The position numbers and the translations under genes are program-made. Under the pieces are notes generated by a model. It was not told the DNA's origin and ran no database searches. It saw only the letters and a program-made list of their open reading frames with translations. A DNA stretch of 59,949 nt from Candidatus Bathyarchaeota archaeon (GTDB lineage Archaea; Thermoproteota; Bathyarchaeia; Bathyarchaeales; Bathycorpusculaceae): assembly GCA_963720565.1 (NCBI GenBank), contig CAVRFW010000010.1, forward strand, positions 1 to 59,949, read 5' to 3'. Numbering within the stretch: position 1 is the stretch's first letter; every line of letters begins with the position of its first letter. Below, in pieces: positions 1 through 8,921 of this stretch.

Positions 1-2
1 GT

Positions 3-143
3 TATGTCCTCTACTTGGTTAGATTACGTATTGCTGAAGTTTACAGAAACGTGACAAATAGGTATGGCTGGTACATTGAAAACTTAACCGTTACCGTACG
101 GCTATCGCCACAAACATGTGGAGCCCTCAGATTCAGGGGATAG
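3..143 (+). CDS. Possible 3' end of a gene entering from the left edge
   Basis: Frame 3 is open from base 3 to TAG 141-143 (YVLYLVRLRIAEVYRN...); no recognisable motif. Confidence 0.25.
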   Translation, partial: YVLYLVRLRIAEVYRNVTNRYGWYIENLTVTVRLSPQTCGALRFRG

Positions 144-151
144 ATCAGACG

Positions 152-751
152 ATGTTCTACTCCCTGGCCGCAGTAAGCATTACGCTGGCAGCATTGACCT
201 TGTCTTTGGCAGTGGTTGTTGCGAGGAGAAAGAAGACAAGAAAAGGAAAGACAGGGGCACTTGAGGTTCTCGTAGTCCTCTTGCTGGCAGTTGAGGCGTT
301 TGCTGTGACCTCGCTGTTGTGGAGTGAATTTGGCTGGGGCGCAGCCGGTATTAATCTAATTATGCAGACTTTTTGGACGGCTTTGGTCGTGGCAAGCATG
401 TGGTTCAGGAGAAAAGGCAACTATTTCTTGCATGGCATCATAATGATAGTTGTAGTCGGCGCAACGTTAGTCAGTTTTTCTTCGGTGCTTCTAATGTCTC
501 CGCCCAGCGGCGGTTCGATGGAAACCTATTTCAGTTCACCTCTGAAGTTGGCTGAATTCGTTTCCCACGCTGTCCTTTCGATCCCAGCAATAATCTTCGG
601 AGTATGGCTTGTTGCATTATGGCGTCCAAAATCAACGTCATTCCCAGCTAAAAGCAAGAGAATAGCAGAAGCAGCGGCAATCTTATGGGTCTTGTCATAT
701 GTGGTGGGCGTTTTGGGTTTTATAGCAGATTACACCACCTTTTTTGGATAA
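152..751 (+). CDS. Multi-pass membrane protein (DUF420-like)
   Basis: About 6 hydrophobic segments with His residues in TM helices (LHGIIM, SHAVL); ATG 152 chosen within ORF 116..751. Confidence 0.6.
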   Translation: MFYSLAAVSITLAALTLSLAVVVARRKKTRKGKTGALEVLVVLLLAVEAFAVTSLLWSEFGWGAAGINLIMQTFWTALVVASMWFRRKGNYFLHGIIMIVVVGATLVSFSSVLLMSPPSGGSMETYFSSPLKLAEFVSHAVLSIPAIIFGVWLVALWRPKSTSFPAKSKRIAEAAAILWVLSYVVGVLGFIADYTTFFG

Positions 752-856
752 AGCAACAAATCTTACCTGATAATGAATGCATTTCTTTAATTATTGAGCT
801 GAACACAAAAGAGTAACAATTCCTTAAAGAATTACTATGAGACAGCGCGCGCGCTC

Positions 857-1741
857 TTAGTCTTTTTGCGTTTCTTGAGGTAAACCAGCAAGCCAGCACA
901 TAGCAAAATTAGACGAGATGACAGTGGCAACAGCGACAGGAACAATTGGAAAGGGTTCAGGCGAGTTCACATTGAAGAATAGTGTTTTTGAAGATACAGC
1001 ATTTCCAGCAAGTCAGCCACATACAAAGTCAGGCTGTGCTCTCCGTTAGGCAAGTCCTGTTAGAGTGGTGTTCCCGGATATCGTTTGATTTCCTTTGTTG
1101 TCCAGACTGTATAGAATCTGGGAAACATCTTCATTGACTGTGAAATCCAACTTGACATCGGGTGCAGTGTAGGTTGTGTTTTGAGGGGACAGAATCGAGA
1201 TTCTTGGCGGAACAAGGTCTTTAATGAAACTAACGGTTGAATAACTCGCCATCTCAAACCTATCGTAATAAATGTACATATAAGGATTGACAATTTCTTG
1301 TCTCGTTAAAATGGAGCCTAAGCCCACAGCGTAAACTGTAATCGACAGGTTACCTCCCCGAACATCTGACAGGTCTATTGAATACGAAGTATTGTCATAG
1401 AATTTCTCCGGGAAGTGTGCGCGCGTGATGACTGTGATTTCTGTGTTCCAGCTGCCCTTATAGTACAATTCTGATAGTCCGTAGTACGCTTGCTGTTCAC
1501 CGTTCGTTTTCGGAATGATTACGTCAAAAGTCAGCGTTACATTCTTTGGATGAAATGAGCCGTTTTGAGGTGTTTGGATGATTATTATTGGGGCTTGGGT
1601 GCCTTCTGGAGGTGGGATGTCTGTGTAGACGGGTGTTTGATAGTAAGGGTTTGCTTTTGACACTTGAATCTCGATAGCAGCCAGAGATGTTGCTGCGAGA
1701 AACACGAGAGCAAGTGTTATGGTCGTGGCTGTCTTCTTCAT
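857..1741 (-). CDS. Secreted Ig-like/FN3-type surface protein with C-terminal EPFP-TM-KKRK anchor (frameshifted near the 3' end)
   Basis: Signal peptide MKKTATTITLALVF; PPRISILSPQN...LDFTVNE...YSLD Ig-like repeat; shifted frames continue NGEHSLTLYVAD, LAGN...PEPFPIVPVAVA and GLLVYLKKRK to TAA at 857. Confidence 0.75.
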
Positions 1742-1768
1742 TTCAGCAATCACAAGATACACTATATC

Positions 1769-1807
1769 ATTCCAAGCTAAAAGGGGTTTTTGTAAAGGCT
1801 TCTTGAC
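1769..1807 (-). promoter_or_regulatory. Conserved upstream element, copy 1
   Basis: 37/39 identical to 3541-3579; lies 28 nt upstream of ATG 1741. Confidence 0.6.
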
Positions 1808-1858
1808 CGAGTTTCCTAAACTAAAACTAAGCGGACCTAATCCCTCAGAAATTTCCTA

Positions 1859-2149
1859 TTACGCAGGCAGTGGTTTGTAAGATTCCCAAGAGAGATACCC
1901 GCTTACAAAAATTACTACAATAACAAGAATTAGAAAAATAATTGACCGTATTTTCTTTTGTTTTTTAAGAAGCCCCTGCGTATGAATAATGCTAAAACAT
2001 AGCAATCCAATAAAATCAAGCACCGCCAACAATTCTATGAAAGAGAAAAGTGATGAATGAACGTAACTAATGATCATGAAAGGCGTACAAAGGGGCAAAC
2101 CTATGAGAACAATAAATTCTTCGACTAATTCCCTGAATGAATAAAGCAT
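1859..2149 (-). CDS. Small membrane protein
   Basis: 96 aa with three hydrophobic segments; AT-rich. Confidence 0.5.
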   Translation of the reverse strand: MLYSFRELVEEFIVLIGLPLCTPFMIISYVHSSLFSFIELLAVLDFIGLLCFSIIHTQGLLKKQKKIRSIIFLILVIVVIFVSGYLSWESYKPLPA

Positions 2150-2207
2150 TTGGCTTTCCGTAAGCGTAAATGTTTTTGATTTTCTGGGAAGTTTTCATTT
2201 GCATTTT

Positions 2208-3517
2208 TTAAGATAAAGCGCGCGCCATGGCGTTTTTTGAGGTAAACCAGCAAACCCAAACAGACAACAGCAGCCACTACAACAATTGCGGAGACCGATG
2301 ACTAGTGTTGTTGGGAAAGGCTCAACTAGTCAGGTGAAGGTGTTGGCGCTAATGGTGCCGAATTCAATGTCAAAGGCGCCATAATGGGTAATTGTCTTGG
2401 CCAATAACAGCGCTCACATCCCCACCGACATCGTTGTCCCATTTGACTCCAGTTATTACGTATGGGGAATCGCCTATGCCATCCCCGTTGCTGTCTGTCC
2501 CGTTATAATCACCCCAGTAGTTGCCTATGGTTCCGTTGTCCCAGAAAGTGGCTCCTGCATCATTAAAGCGGACACTACAGTTTATTGGGAAGGTGTTTGC
2601 GTAAAAAGTATTGTTTACAGTCCCCTGGTCAAGTTCTAAAGTATCGCCCCCCAAGCTTATTTGCCATGTAGTTGCCAAAAATGGTGTTGTTTGAACTAAA
2701 GATGAGTCGCATGCCTGTTAGATTGTTTCCGAAGATTATGTTGTTTGAGCAACTAACGAGGGATATGCCACCTGCGATGTGGTTTCTTGCGATTATGTTG
2801 GAGTCTGCTTCTCCCATTCTTATTGAAGGGGAAGCCGTTTCGATTTTGTTATCTGTTACTATATTTGATGAACCTTCAAGAGCTATACTGCCATCGATGC
2901 CGTCTATTATATCGATTAGAGAATTACCCCTGATTGTGATGTTTGTCCCATTGCAGGCGATAGCTGGGCCATCGGATGCTTGTGAAGTTGTTGTTTTCAA
3001 TTAGAACATATGATGAGGTTTCGATTACTATTCCGGTTGGTGTGTCAAAAACCGCGGTTTCTTCGCTAAAGCTATTGCCGACTATGTTGATGTGTAAAGA
3101 ACCAGAGATTCTAACTCCAGCAGTAAACCTTTCGATATTTAGGTTGGTAATATTTACGTTGTTTCGCCCTGTTATGATTATGCCGTTGTTTCCTGCATCG
3201 CCAAAATGCGGGGCGAGCCCCATCCAACTTTTGTTTCCCTCAATCAAGTAATCGGAGCCATCAAGAACAATATTATCGCGTTGAATTACAATCGTATGCA
3301 TAATTATGTTGTCTGTAAGTTTGTAAGTGTTGCCTGTTCTCTCGATGGGCGCCGTCGCTGGTTCAACGTTTCCGTTGCTTCTTATGTAAATTCGTTGGAG
3401 GTCTGGACCAGGGTCTGGAAAGAAATTCGCGGAACAGAAATGAATTATCTGTGATCCTGTTAAGGCTGAGAACAAGAGTGCAAAGATGAGTATTAGCGCT
3501 AATGCTGTTTTCTTCAT
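2208..3517 (-). CDS. Secreted NosD/CASH parallel beta-helix protein with C-terminal TM anchor, split by several frameshifts
   Basis: ORFs 2924..3517, 2629..3000 and 2370..2678 join up: signal peptide, IYIRSNGNVEP..API..GNTYKLT, SNNIIFGN repeats, GNYWGDYNGTDSNGDGIGDSPY, then EPFPTTLV...GLLVYLKKRH; 3' end approximate. Confidence 0.8.
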
Positions 3518-3540
3518 TTCAGCATCAACCTAACTAGCGT

Positions 3541-3579
3541 ATTCCATGCTAAAAGGGGTTTTTGTAAAGGTTTCTTGAC
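3541..3579 (-). promoter_or_regulatory. Conserved upstream element, copy 2
   Basis: 37/39 identical to 1769-1807; lies 24 nt upstream of ATG 3517. Confidence 0.6.
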
Positions 3580-3604
3580 TAAAGCTTTTGGACACGCCTT
3601 TCTG

Positions 3605-3626
3605 TCAGTCAAGGTTTTTTGACTGA
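3605..3626. promoter_or_regulatory. Inverted repeat TCAGTCAA-N6-TTGACTGA, possible operator or hairpin
   Basis: Perfect 8-bp arms in intergenic DNA. Confidence 0.35.
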
Positions 3627-3750
3627 TCAAAGTTTTTCCAAGACGTGATATTCGATTTCGTTACTGAACGGTTTAAGTGCTTTTAATAATCTCTTATCTA
3701 ATGTTGCAATGAAGACCTTTTCCTTAGTTTCATCGTCTGCAACAAGGCAG

Positions 3751-4209
3751 CTAGGCATCAATTGCGCCTGCTTCGTCCAGGAGGGAGACAAACTCGTAGT
3801 AGCTTATTCCCAGAGTTGCAGCTGCTTGTCTAAAAGTCATCTTTCCAGCCTTCACTTTGGCTGCGACTCTGTTAAATTTCTGCATTCCTTCCTTCCCAAA
3901 TCTTGCTTTGTAAAGCTCCAGGATAGTTTGTTCTTCGAATGCTTCCATTAGCTTTTCAGGTGAAATCTCAAGCTTGAAATCGCCGGCAAAGTAGACTCGC
4001 GTGTTGCCTTTGGCTTCGCTTTCCACAGCTCGTGCAGCTTCAAGCTCCCTTAGGTACTTGTAGACTGTTGGCAGAGGATAGCCTAAATGCTTTCCAATGC
4101 CCTCCGCGGTCTCGCCTCTATGCTTTGCCAAGTGAGCGATTATTCTGGCTTTGTTCGGGTTGCCTATCGCTCTGAGGATTGAGACTGTTTTCTCAGCCAT
4201 GCAAATCAC
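3751..4209 (-). CDS. ArsR-type wHTH regulator with C-terminal UPF0175-like HTH
   Basis: LRAIGNPNKARIIAHL...LPTVYKYLRELE; C-terminal GKMTFRQAAATLGISYYEFVSLL. Confidence 0.7.
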   Translation of the reverse strand: MICMAEKTVSILRAIGNPNKARIIAHLAKHRGETAEGIGKHLGYPLPTVYKYLRELEAARAVESEAKGNTRVYFAGDFKLEISPEKLMEAFEEQTILELYKARFGKEGMQKFNRVAAKVKAGKMTFRQAAATLGISYYEFVSLLDEAGAIDA

Positions 4210-4802
4210 TTAATAAAATATATAATGTCAACAATAAATGTTTCGCACCAAAAACCAACGTTTAACCCGGAAAAGGTAAACCTTGTCTTAACGAAGCATT
4301 CCAACAGCTCAGCCAGCTCAGAAGTCTTCGACAAGATCGGCGCTTTGAACGCGCTTAATGCAGTCGGATGTTTTCCCGAAAAATTGATGAGGGCTAACCG
4401 CAAAATCCCTTCTGAACCTTAGATGCCTATTCCTGATGAACACAGCCCTAACCTTGCTTAACTCCCCAGAGCTTAAGCCCTCAAGTCACCCCAGAACAAA
4501 ACGTTCACTGTTCCAGAAGCGAAGGCCAACCCAACGATAAGAAAGCCAAGTCCCAAATTCAAGCTGTATATTTGAGCCATTAAGCTCTAAAAGAGAAACA
4601 AAACAGAAAAAAAGGGGATTTTTTCAGCATAAATACTCTTCCGGATTTGGGTTTCCCCTCGGACCCGCTAAACTATCTAAGTCTGCTGCATTGCAGCAGA
4701 TGTCTGACCAATTGTGTTTCTACCTGGACGCTTTGGATTTTTGGTTGGAGCTCTACAAAAAGTTCATATGTTTTTAATCTGTTGTACTAATTGAGTGGGT
4801 TT

Positions 4803-5243
4803 ATGACTAGGATATTGATATTCTATTATAGCAGAACGGGGAACACTGAGAAAATGGCTAAAGCTGTTGCTGAAGGGGTACAAAGCTCTGGCAACGCTGA
4901 AGTCGAATTGAACTATTACGTGGATGTTGACGATCTTGCCGGTTTTGATGCGATACTCGTTGGGGCGCCGACCTTCAACAAGGACATGCCTATGGATACG
5001 AGGAAACTTTTCGAACAAGCAGAAGCTAAGGGCGTAGACTTGAAAGGCAAGATTGGTGGAGCTTTCGGATCTTACGGCTGGAGCGGTGAGGCAACAAAGC
5101 TGGTGATTGATATCATGACTAACAAGTTTGGGATGCGGGTTGTTGAGCCGCCGTTGATGGCTAAGAATGCACCTGACAGTAACATGCTTGAATCGTGCCG
5201 CGCGTTTGGAAAGCGCGTTTCCGAAACCCTAACCCCGAAATAG
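4803..5243 (+). CDS. Flavodoxin domain protein (FprA/WrbA-like)
   Basis: YYSRTGNTEKMA FMN-binding loop, GAPT, AFGSYGWSGEA. Confidence 0.9.
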   Translation: MTRILIFYYSRTGNTEKMAKAVAEGVQSSGNAEVELNYYVDVDDLAGFDAILVGAPTFNKDMPMDTRKLFEQAEAKGVDLKGKIGGAFGSYGWSGEATKLVIDIMTNKFGMRVVEPPLMAKNAPDSNMLESCRAFGKRVSETLTPK

Positions 5244-5271
5244 CAAATTTTTATGAAGGAAGGAAAAAACC

Positions 5272-5758
5272 ATGACCTCAGACTCAAACCTTGAACTGAT
5301 TGACTTCATTAAACGCCAGATAAACATAGAGAAGGAAATTGTCACTTCACTCAACAAGGGGTTGGTGGACATAAAGAATCCGCCTGTCAAGGGTGTTTTG
5401 AAAGGCATATCTTTAGACTCTGTCAAGCACGCGGAATTGTACGCCTCAGCCTTGAGCTTGTTGACTAATGTTTCCCAAGCATTGACTCAGGAAAACCTCG
5501 ACGCTCAAAGAGACGCTTGTGGAAAAGCACATTCAGTTGGAAGCGGATCTCATCGGCAAAATAGAAAATATTTTGCCCAAGATCGATAACGAGAAGGTCA
5601 AGTTCCTGGTAGAATCAATACTCACCGACGAAAAAAGGCATCATGCGATGTTGAAGACAGTTCTTGACTTAATTGTTCATGGAGAGACTATAACAGAGGC
5701 GGACTGGTGGGAGCTCCTCTGGGAGAATGCTCCCTTTCACGGTGCTCCAGGAGGATAG
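5272..5758 (+). CDS. Ferritin-like/rubrerythrin-like protein (one frameshift near 5515)
   Basis: Two di-iron helix-pair motifs, DSVKH and DEKRHH, in ORFs 5272..5589 and 5519..5758. Confidence 0.8.
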
Positions 5759-5900
5759 CCTCGAAACCCCTGTTTCTTTTCCAACGCTGCACCGGGGTAA
5801 GAATTAGTTCTGGTCTTGAGCGTTGCAGGTGTTGGTTTTTCTAAAAGTAAATAAACAAGCTGCGGATAGATTACAGAAAACTTGGACTTGGTGATTTGAG

Positions 5901-7649
5901 GTGAAGAGAGCGGCGAAGCTAATTGGGTTCTTGTTCTTCTTAATGATTGTTCTCTCTTCTGTTTCTCTTTGCATCGAGCCCGTTTCAGCTCAGAATGGCA
6001 GCTACAGTATATCCAAGGTTGACCACCAAGTTGAAATTATGGATTCTGGGCATGTGATTATCCGTGACAAGATATATGTGACCGGTCAATTATCGGGCGG
6101 TTTTCTGATGGGCTTTCCGTACACGTATGGCGCAAACCTTCTTGAGGCAATGGCCTATGACGCGGACAAAACTTATGCGGTGAGTCTGGGTGAGCAGATG
6201 GAAGGTCACGTGGGTTTTTACGGCGTAAAAGTTGACTTTGGGCAATCCAATCCAAGTGTCTTTACAGTGGTTTTTGTTCTCTCGAACAAGCTTGTTAGCG
6301 AGGTTTCAAACGTTCTTACGGGTTCCACTATTTTCACTCTCGACTTCCCAGCTTACCCAAGTTTCATGGAAGATGTTGGAAGCTGCAACGTTACAATCGT
6401 TCTCCCAGTGGCTGCTCAAAGCATCACTGTTAAGAAGGATGATGGCGAAATCCAAACTTCTAGCTATGTTAGGGCAAACTTGCCTGCGTTTACTTACGCT
6501 CGTGCAGAGGCTAAACTTACTCTTGCTATTGGCTATATCAATGTGTTAACAGTAAACGAACTTGATCGTCAAATTGCGATAGGTTCGTTGGGAGAGGTAG
6601 CGGTCACAGACAACTATCTGGTTACCAGCAAGATGGTGCGGACAATAGGTTCTCTGAATTTGGGTGTTCCCATTGGCGCCTTGAATGTTGTGGCTAGAGA
6701 CGAGTTTGGTAGACTATTGACAACCAGCACTCTTTCCAGCAGCACCACTTCAAAGTTGTTGAACGTCACTCTCGCGTCGACTTTAGACAGTGGCAAGACT
6801 TTAGCGCTTTCCCTAAGTTATAGTCTGCCCAGCGCTTCGTCTGAAGGCTCACGCTTCACTTTAGATTTCGTTCATTTTCCGGATTTTGATTACTACGTTG
6901 AAAAAGCAAGAGTTACTTTTGTTCCTCTCGAAGGCGCGAAGTTCATATCGCCAAGCGTTTCCGAGTTGGATTCCTTGTCGAGTTTGAACAGGGATGTTTT
7001 TCAGGAAAAGCTTTCATTCGGCAAGGAAGGAATAAGCTACGTCGACTATGAGGGACCCTCTGAGAATGTTTTATCGGTTACATATGACTACAATCCGTTG
7101 TGGATAGCTTTTCGTCCTACAATGTGGGCATGGGTCATAGTTGTAGTTGGAGCTGCAGTGTTTGCTGTTTTGCGAAGACCCAAGGCTTCCGCTCCGGAAA
7201 GGATAGTGGGATCCAAAGGCTCAGTAAGCCTCAGTCCCGACCAGGTCAGGTCGTTCACCGAAGCATATGCAGAGAAAAACAGGTTGACTGAGGAGTTGAA
7301 GTCTCTTGAAGTTAGGGCGCAGAAGGGCAAGATTCCGAGACGACAATACAAAGTGCAGAAGAGAACATTGGAGGTCCGCTCCGAAGCATTGTCAAAGCAA
7401 ATTAGCGGGTTGAAAGCTAATTTCCGGAGCGCTGGAGGGGTCAATGCAGATTTGATCCGGCAGCTTGACATGGCTGAGGTTGAACTCGCTGAGGCTGAAA
7501 CAAACATTGGAAAAATCGAGGTTCGGCAAAGCCGCGGTGACATCCCGCTGGAAACATACAAGAAGCAGCTGACGGATTTCCAACGGCGAAAAGAGAAGGC
7601 GGAAACATCGATTAACGGAATAATGCTTCGACTCCGTGAAGAACTTTAG
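5901..7649 (+). CDS. Ribophorin I (RPN1/Ost1)-like type I membrane protein
   Basis: Signal peptide, two luminal beta domains, motifs LDRQIAIGSLGEVAVTD / ARDEFG / LSYSLP / PLEGAK / YDYNPLW, one TM, cytoplasmic helical bundle. Confidence 0.7.
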   Translation: MKRAAKLIGFLFFLMIVLSSVSLCIEPVSAQNGSYSISKVDHQVEIMDSGHVIIRDKIYVTGQLSGGFLMGFPYTYGANLLEAMAYDADKTYAVSLGEQMEGHVGFYGVKVDFGQSNPSVFTVVFVLSNKLVSEVSNVLTGSTIFTLDFPAYPSFMEDVGSCNVTIVLPVAAQSITVKKDDGEIQTSSYVRANLPAFTYARAEAKLTLAIGYINVLTVNELDRQIAIGSLGEVAVTDNYLVTSKMVRTIGSLNLGVPIGALNVVARDEFGRLLTTSTLSSSTTSKLLNVTLASTLDSGKTLALSLSYSLPSASSEGSRFTLDFVHFPDFDYYVEKARVTFVPLEGAKFISPSVSELDSLSSLNRDVFQEKLSFGKEGISYVDYEGPSENVLSVTYDYNPLWIAFRPTMWAWVIVVVGAAVFAVLRRPKASAPERIVGSKGSVSLSPDQVRSFTEAYAEKNRLTEELKSLEVRAQKGKIPRRQYKVQKRTLEVRSEALSKQISGLKANFRSAGGVNADLIRQLDMAEVELAEAETNIGKIEVRQSRGDIPLETYKKQLTDFQRRKEKAETSINGIMLRLREEL

Positions 7650-7716
7650 TAGAAGACCTAAACGCTTTTATTTTACCTATGGGCTCGTAGTAAAAAAACC
7701 CGTGAGGTAATAAAAA

Positions 7717-7899
7717 ATGGTAAAAATAGTAGTAGATAATGCTAAATGCACCGGATGTGAAACATGCGTCAACACTTGTCCCGTAGGCGTCTATGAAATC
7801 AAAGATGGCAAATCTGTGCCAGTCAAAGTTGATGAATGCTTAGTCTGCAGAGCATGCGAAGCCCAGTGTCCTGAAGGTGCAATACAGGTTATCGAGTAA
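7717..7899 (+). CDS. 2x[4Fe-4S] ferredoxin
   Basis: CTGCETCVNTCP and CLVCRACEAQCP; RBS GAGGT upstream. Confidence 0.95.
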   Translation: MVKIVVDNAKCTGCETCVNTCPVGVYEIKDGKSVPVKVDECLVCRACEAQCPEGAIQVIE

Positions 7900-8074
7900 A
7901 AGTTAGAGATTCGATACACTCCCTAGCGGAGCGCTTATTCTCCACATTTATTGGAATCTCTTCTTTTCTTTTATTGTATTTACTTAGTTTGTGGTTTTTC
8001 ATTTTCATCTGAAAACAAATTCAGCGCTAGAAGTTGTGAAGCTCGAGTTTTCCCGGTGGGTGTCTATTTTGGGT

Positions 8075-8824
8075 TTATGTTGAATTGCTTGAGTCCCATA
8101 GGAACTGGAAGTACTCTCTGGCGAATCTTACTAGACCCACGTGATTGCTCCAGATGACTAGGCTGGGTTTGTCTTCTCCAAGGAAAAGCATGGCTTCCTT
8201 TTCGTCAGCGATTATTCCGCCGCCGAACATGTGGTCTCTGACGCGGAAATCGTTTACGCCGGAGTTTTTCTTCAGGAATAGCCAATCGGATGTTTTTCCG
8301 GCGACCATTAGTTTGACGTTAGTGTTTTTCTTTAGGTCGGTGAGTAATGTGCCTGTGGAGGCGACTATGGTTCTGGCAAATTCTGGTGCTGCGATCATGA
8401 TTTCTTTTGTGGCTTTCTTGAGGACTTCTTCCATTTTTGTGAGAACTGCCTGTTGCCCACGAAGTATTAGCATATCTGGACGTTCAACCAGTTCTGTTTT
8501 TTCGTACAAGGGCTGTAGTTCTTCAGCTAGAGCGTTTTCCCATCTTTGGTATTTATCTTCGAGTCTGAGTTTTGTGGATGTTGCAGCTTCAAGAGGCGGA
8601 ACAGGATAGTACTTGAATGGTCGGCTTTCTGAGCTTTTGATCCAGCCTTTTTCCTTTAGTGAGTTGAGGGCTTCGTAGATTTTTGAGTAGGGAACATGGG
8701 CTTCCCGGCTTATTTCCATGGCTGTTTTCTGTCCGTGCTCTAGCAGTGTGATGTAGGCGTCGGTTTCGTGGGTGTTTAAGCCCATTTCGCGCAGAATTTC
8801 CCGGGTATTTTCGCTAATTGTCAT
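8075..8824 (-). CDS. TrmB family transcriptional regulator
   Basis: MGLNTHETDAYITLL...VPYSKIYEALNSLKEKGWI, plus a PLD-like effector domain. Confidence 0.9.
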   Translation of the reverse strand: MTISENTREILREMGLNTHETDAYITLLEHGQKTAMEISREAHVPYSKIYEALNSLKEKGWIKSSESRPFKYYPVPPLEAATSTKLRLEDKYQRWENALAEELQPLYEKTELVERPDMLILRGQQAVLTKMEEVLKKATKEIMIAAPEFARTIVASTGTLLTDLKKNTNVKLMVAGKTSDWLFLKKNSGVNDFRVRDHMFGGGIIADEKEAMLFLGEDKPSLVIWSNHVGLVRFAREYFQFLWDSSNST

Positions 8825-8921
8825 GGCATTCCCCTGAATCACCGTGGTAAAGTTCTGGAAACCTTATTATGGTTATTTCAGCTCTTAAGCACTTCGAGAA
8901 TCACTATTAGCTTAGATTAAG

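Noticed and set aside
4206..4580. Short ORFs upstream of the ArsR-like gene
   Set aside because: No recognisable motifs and conflicting frames; possibly decayed sequence
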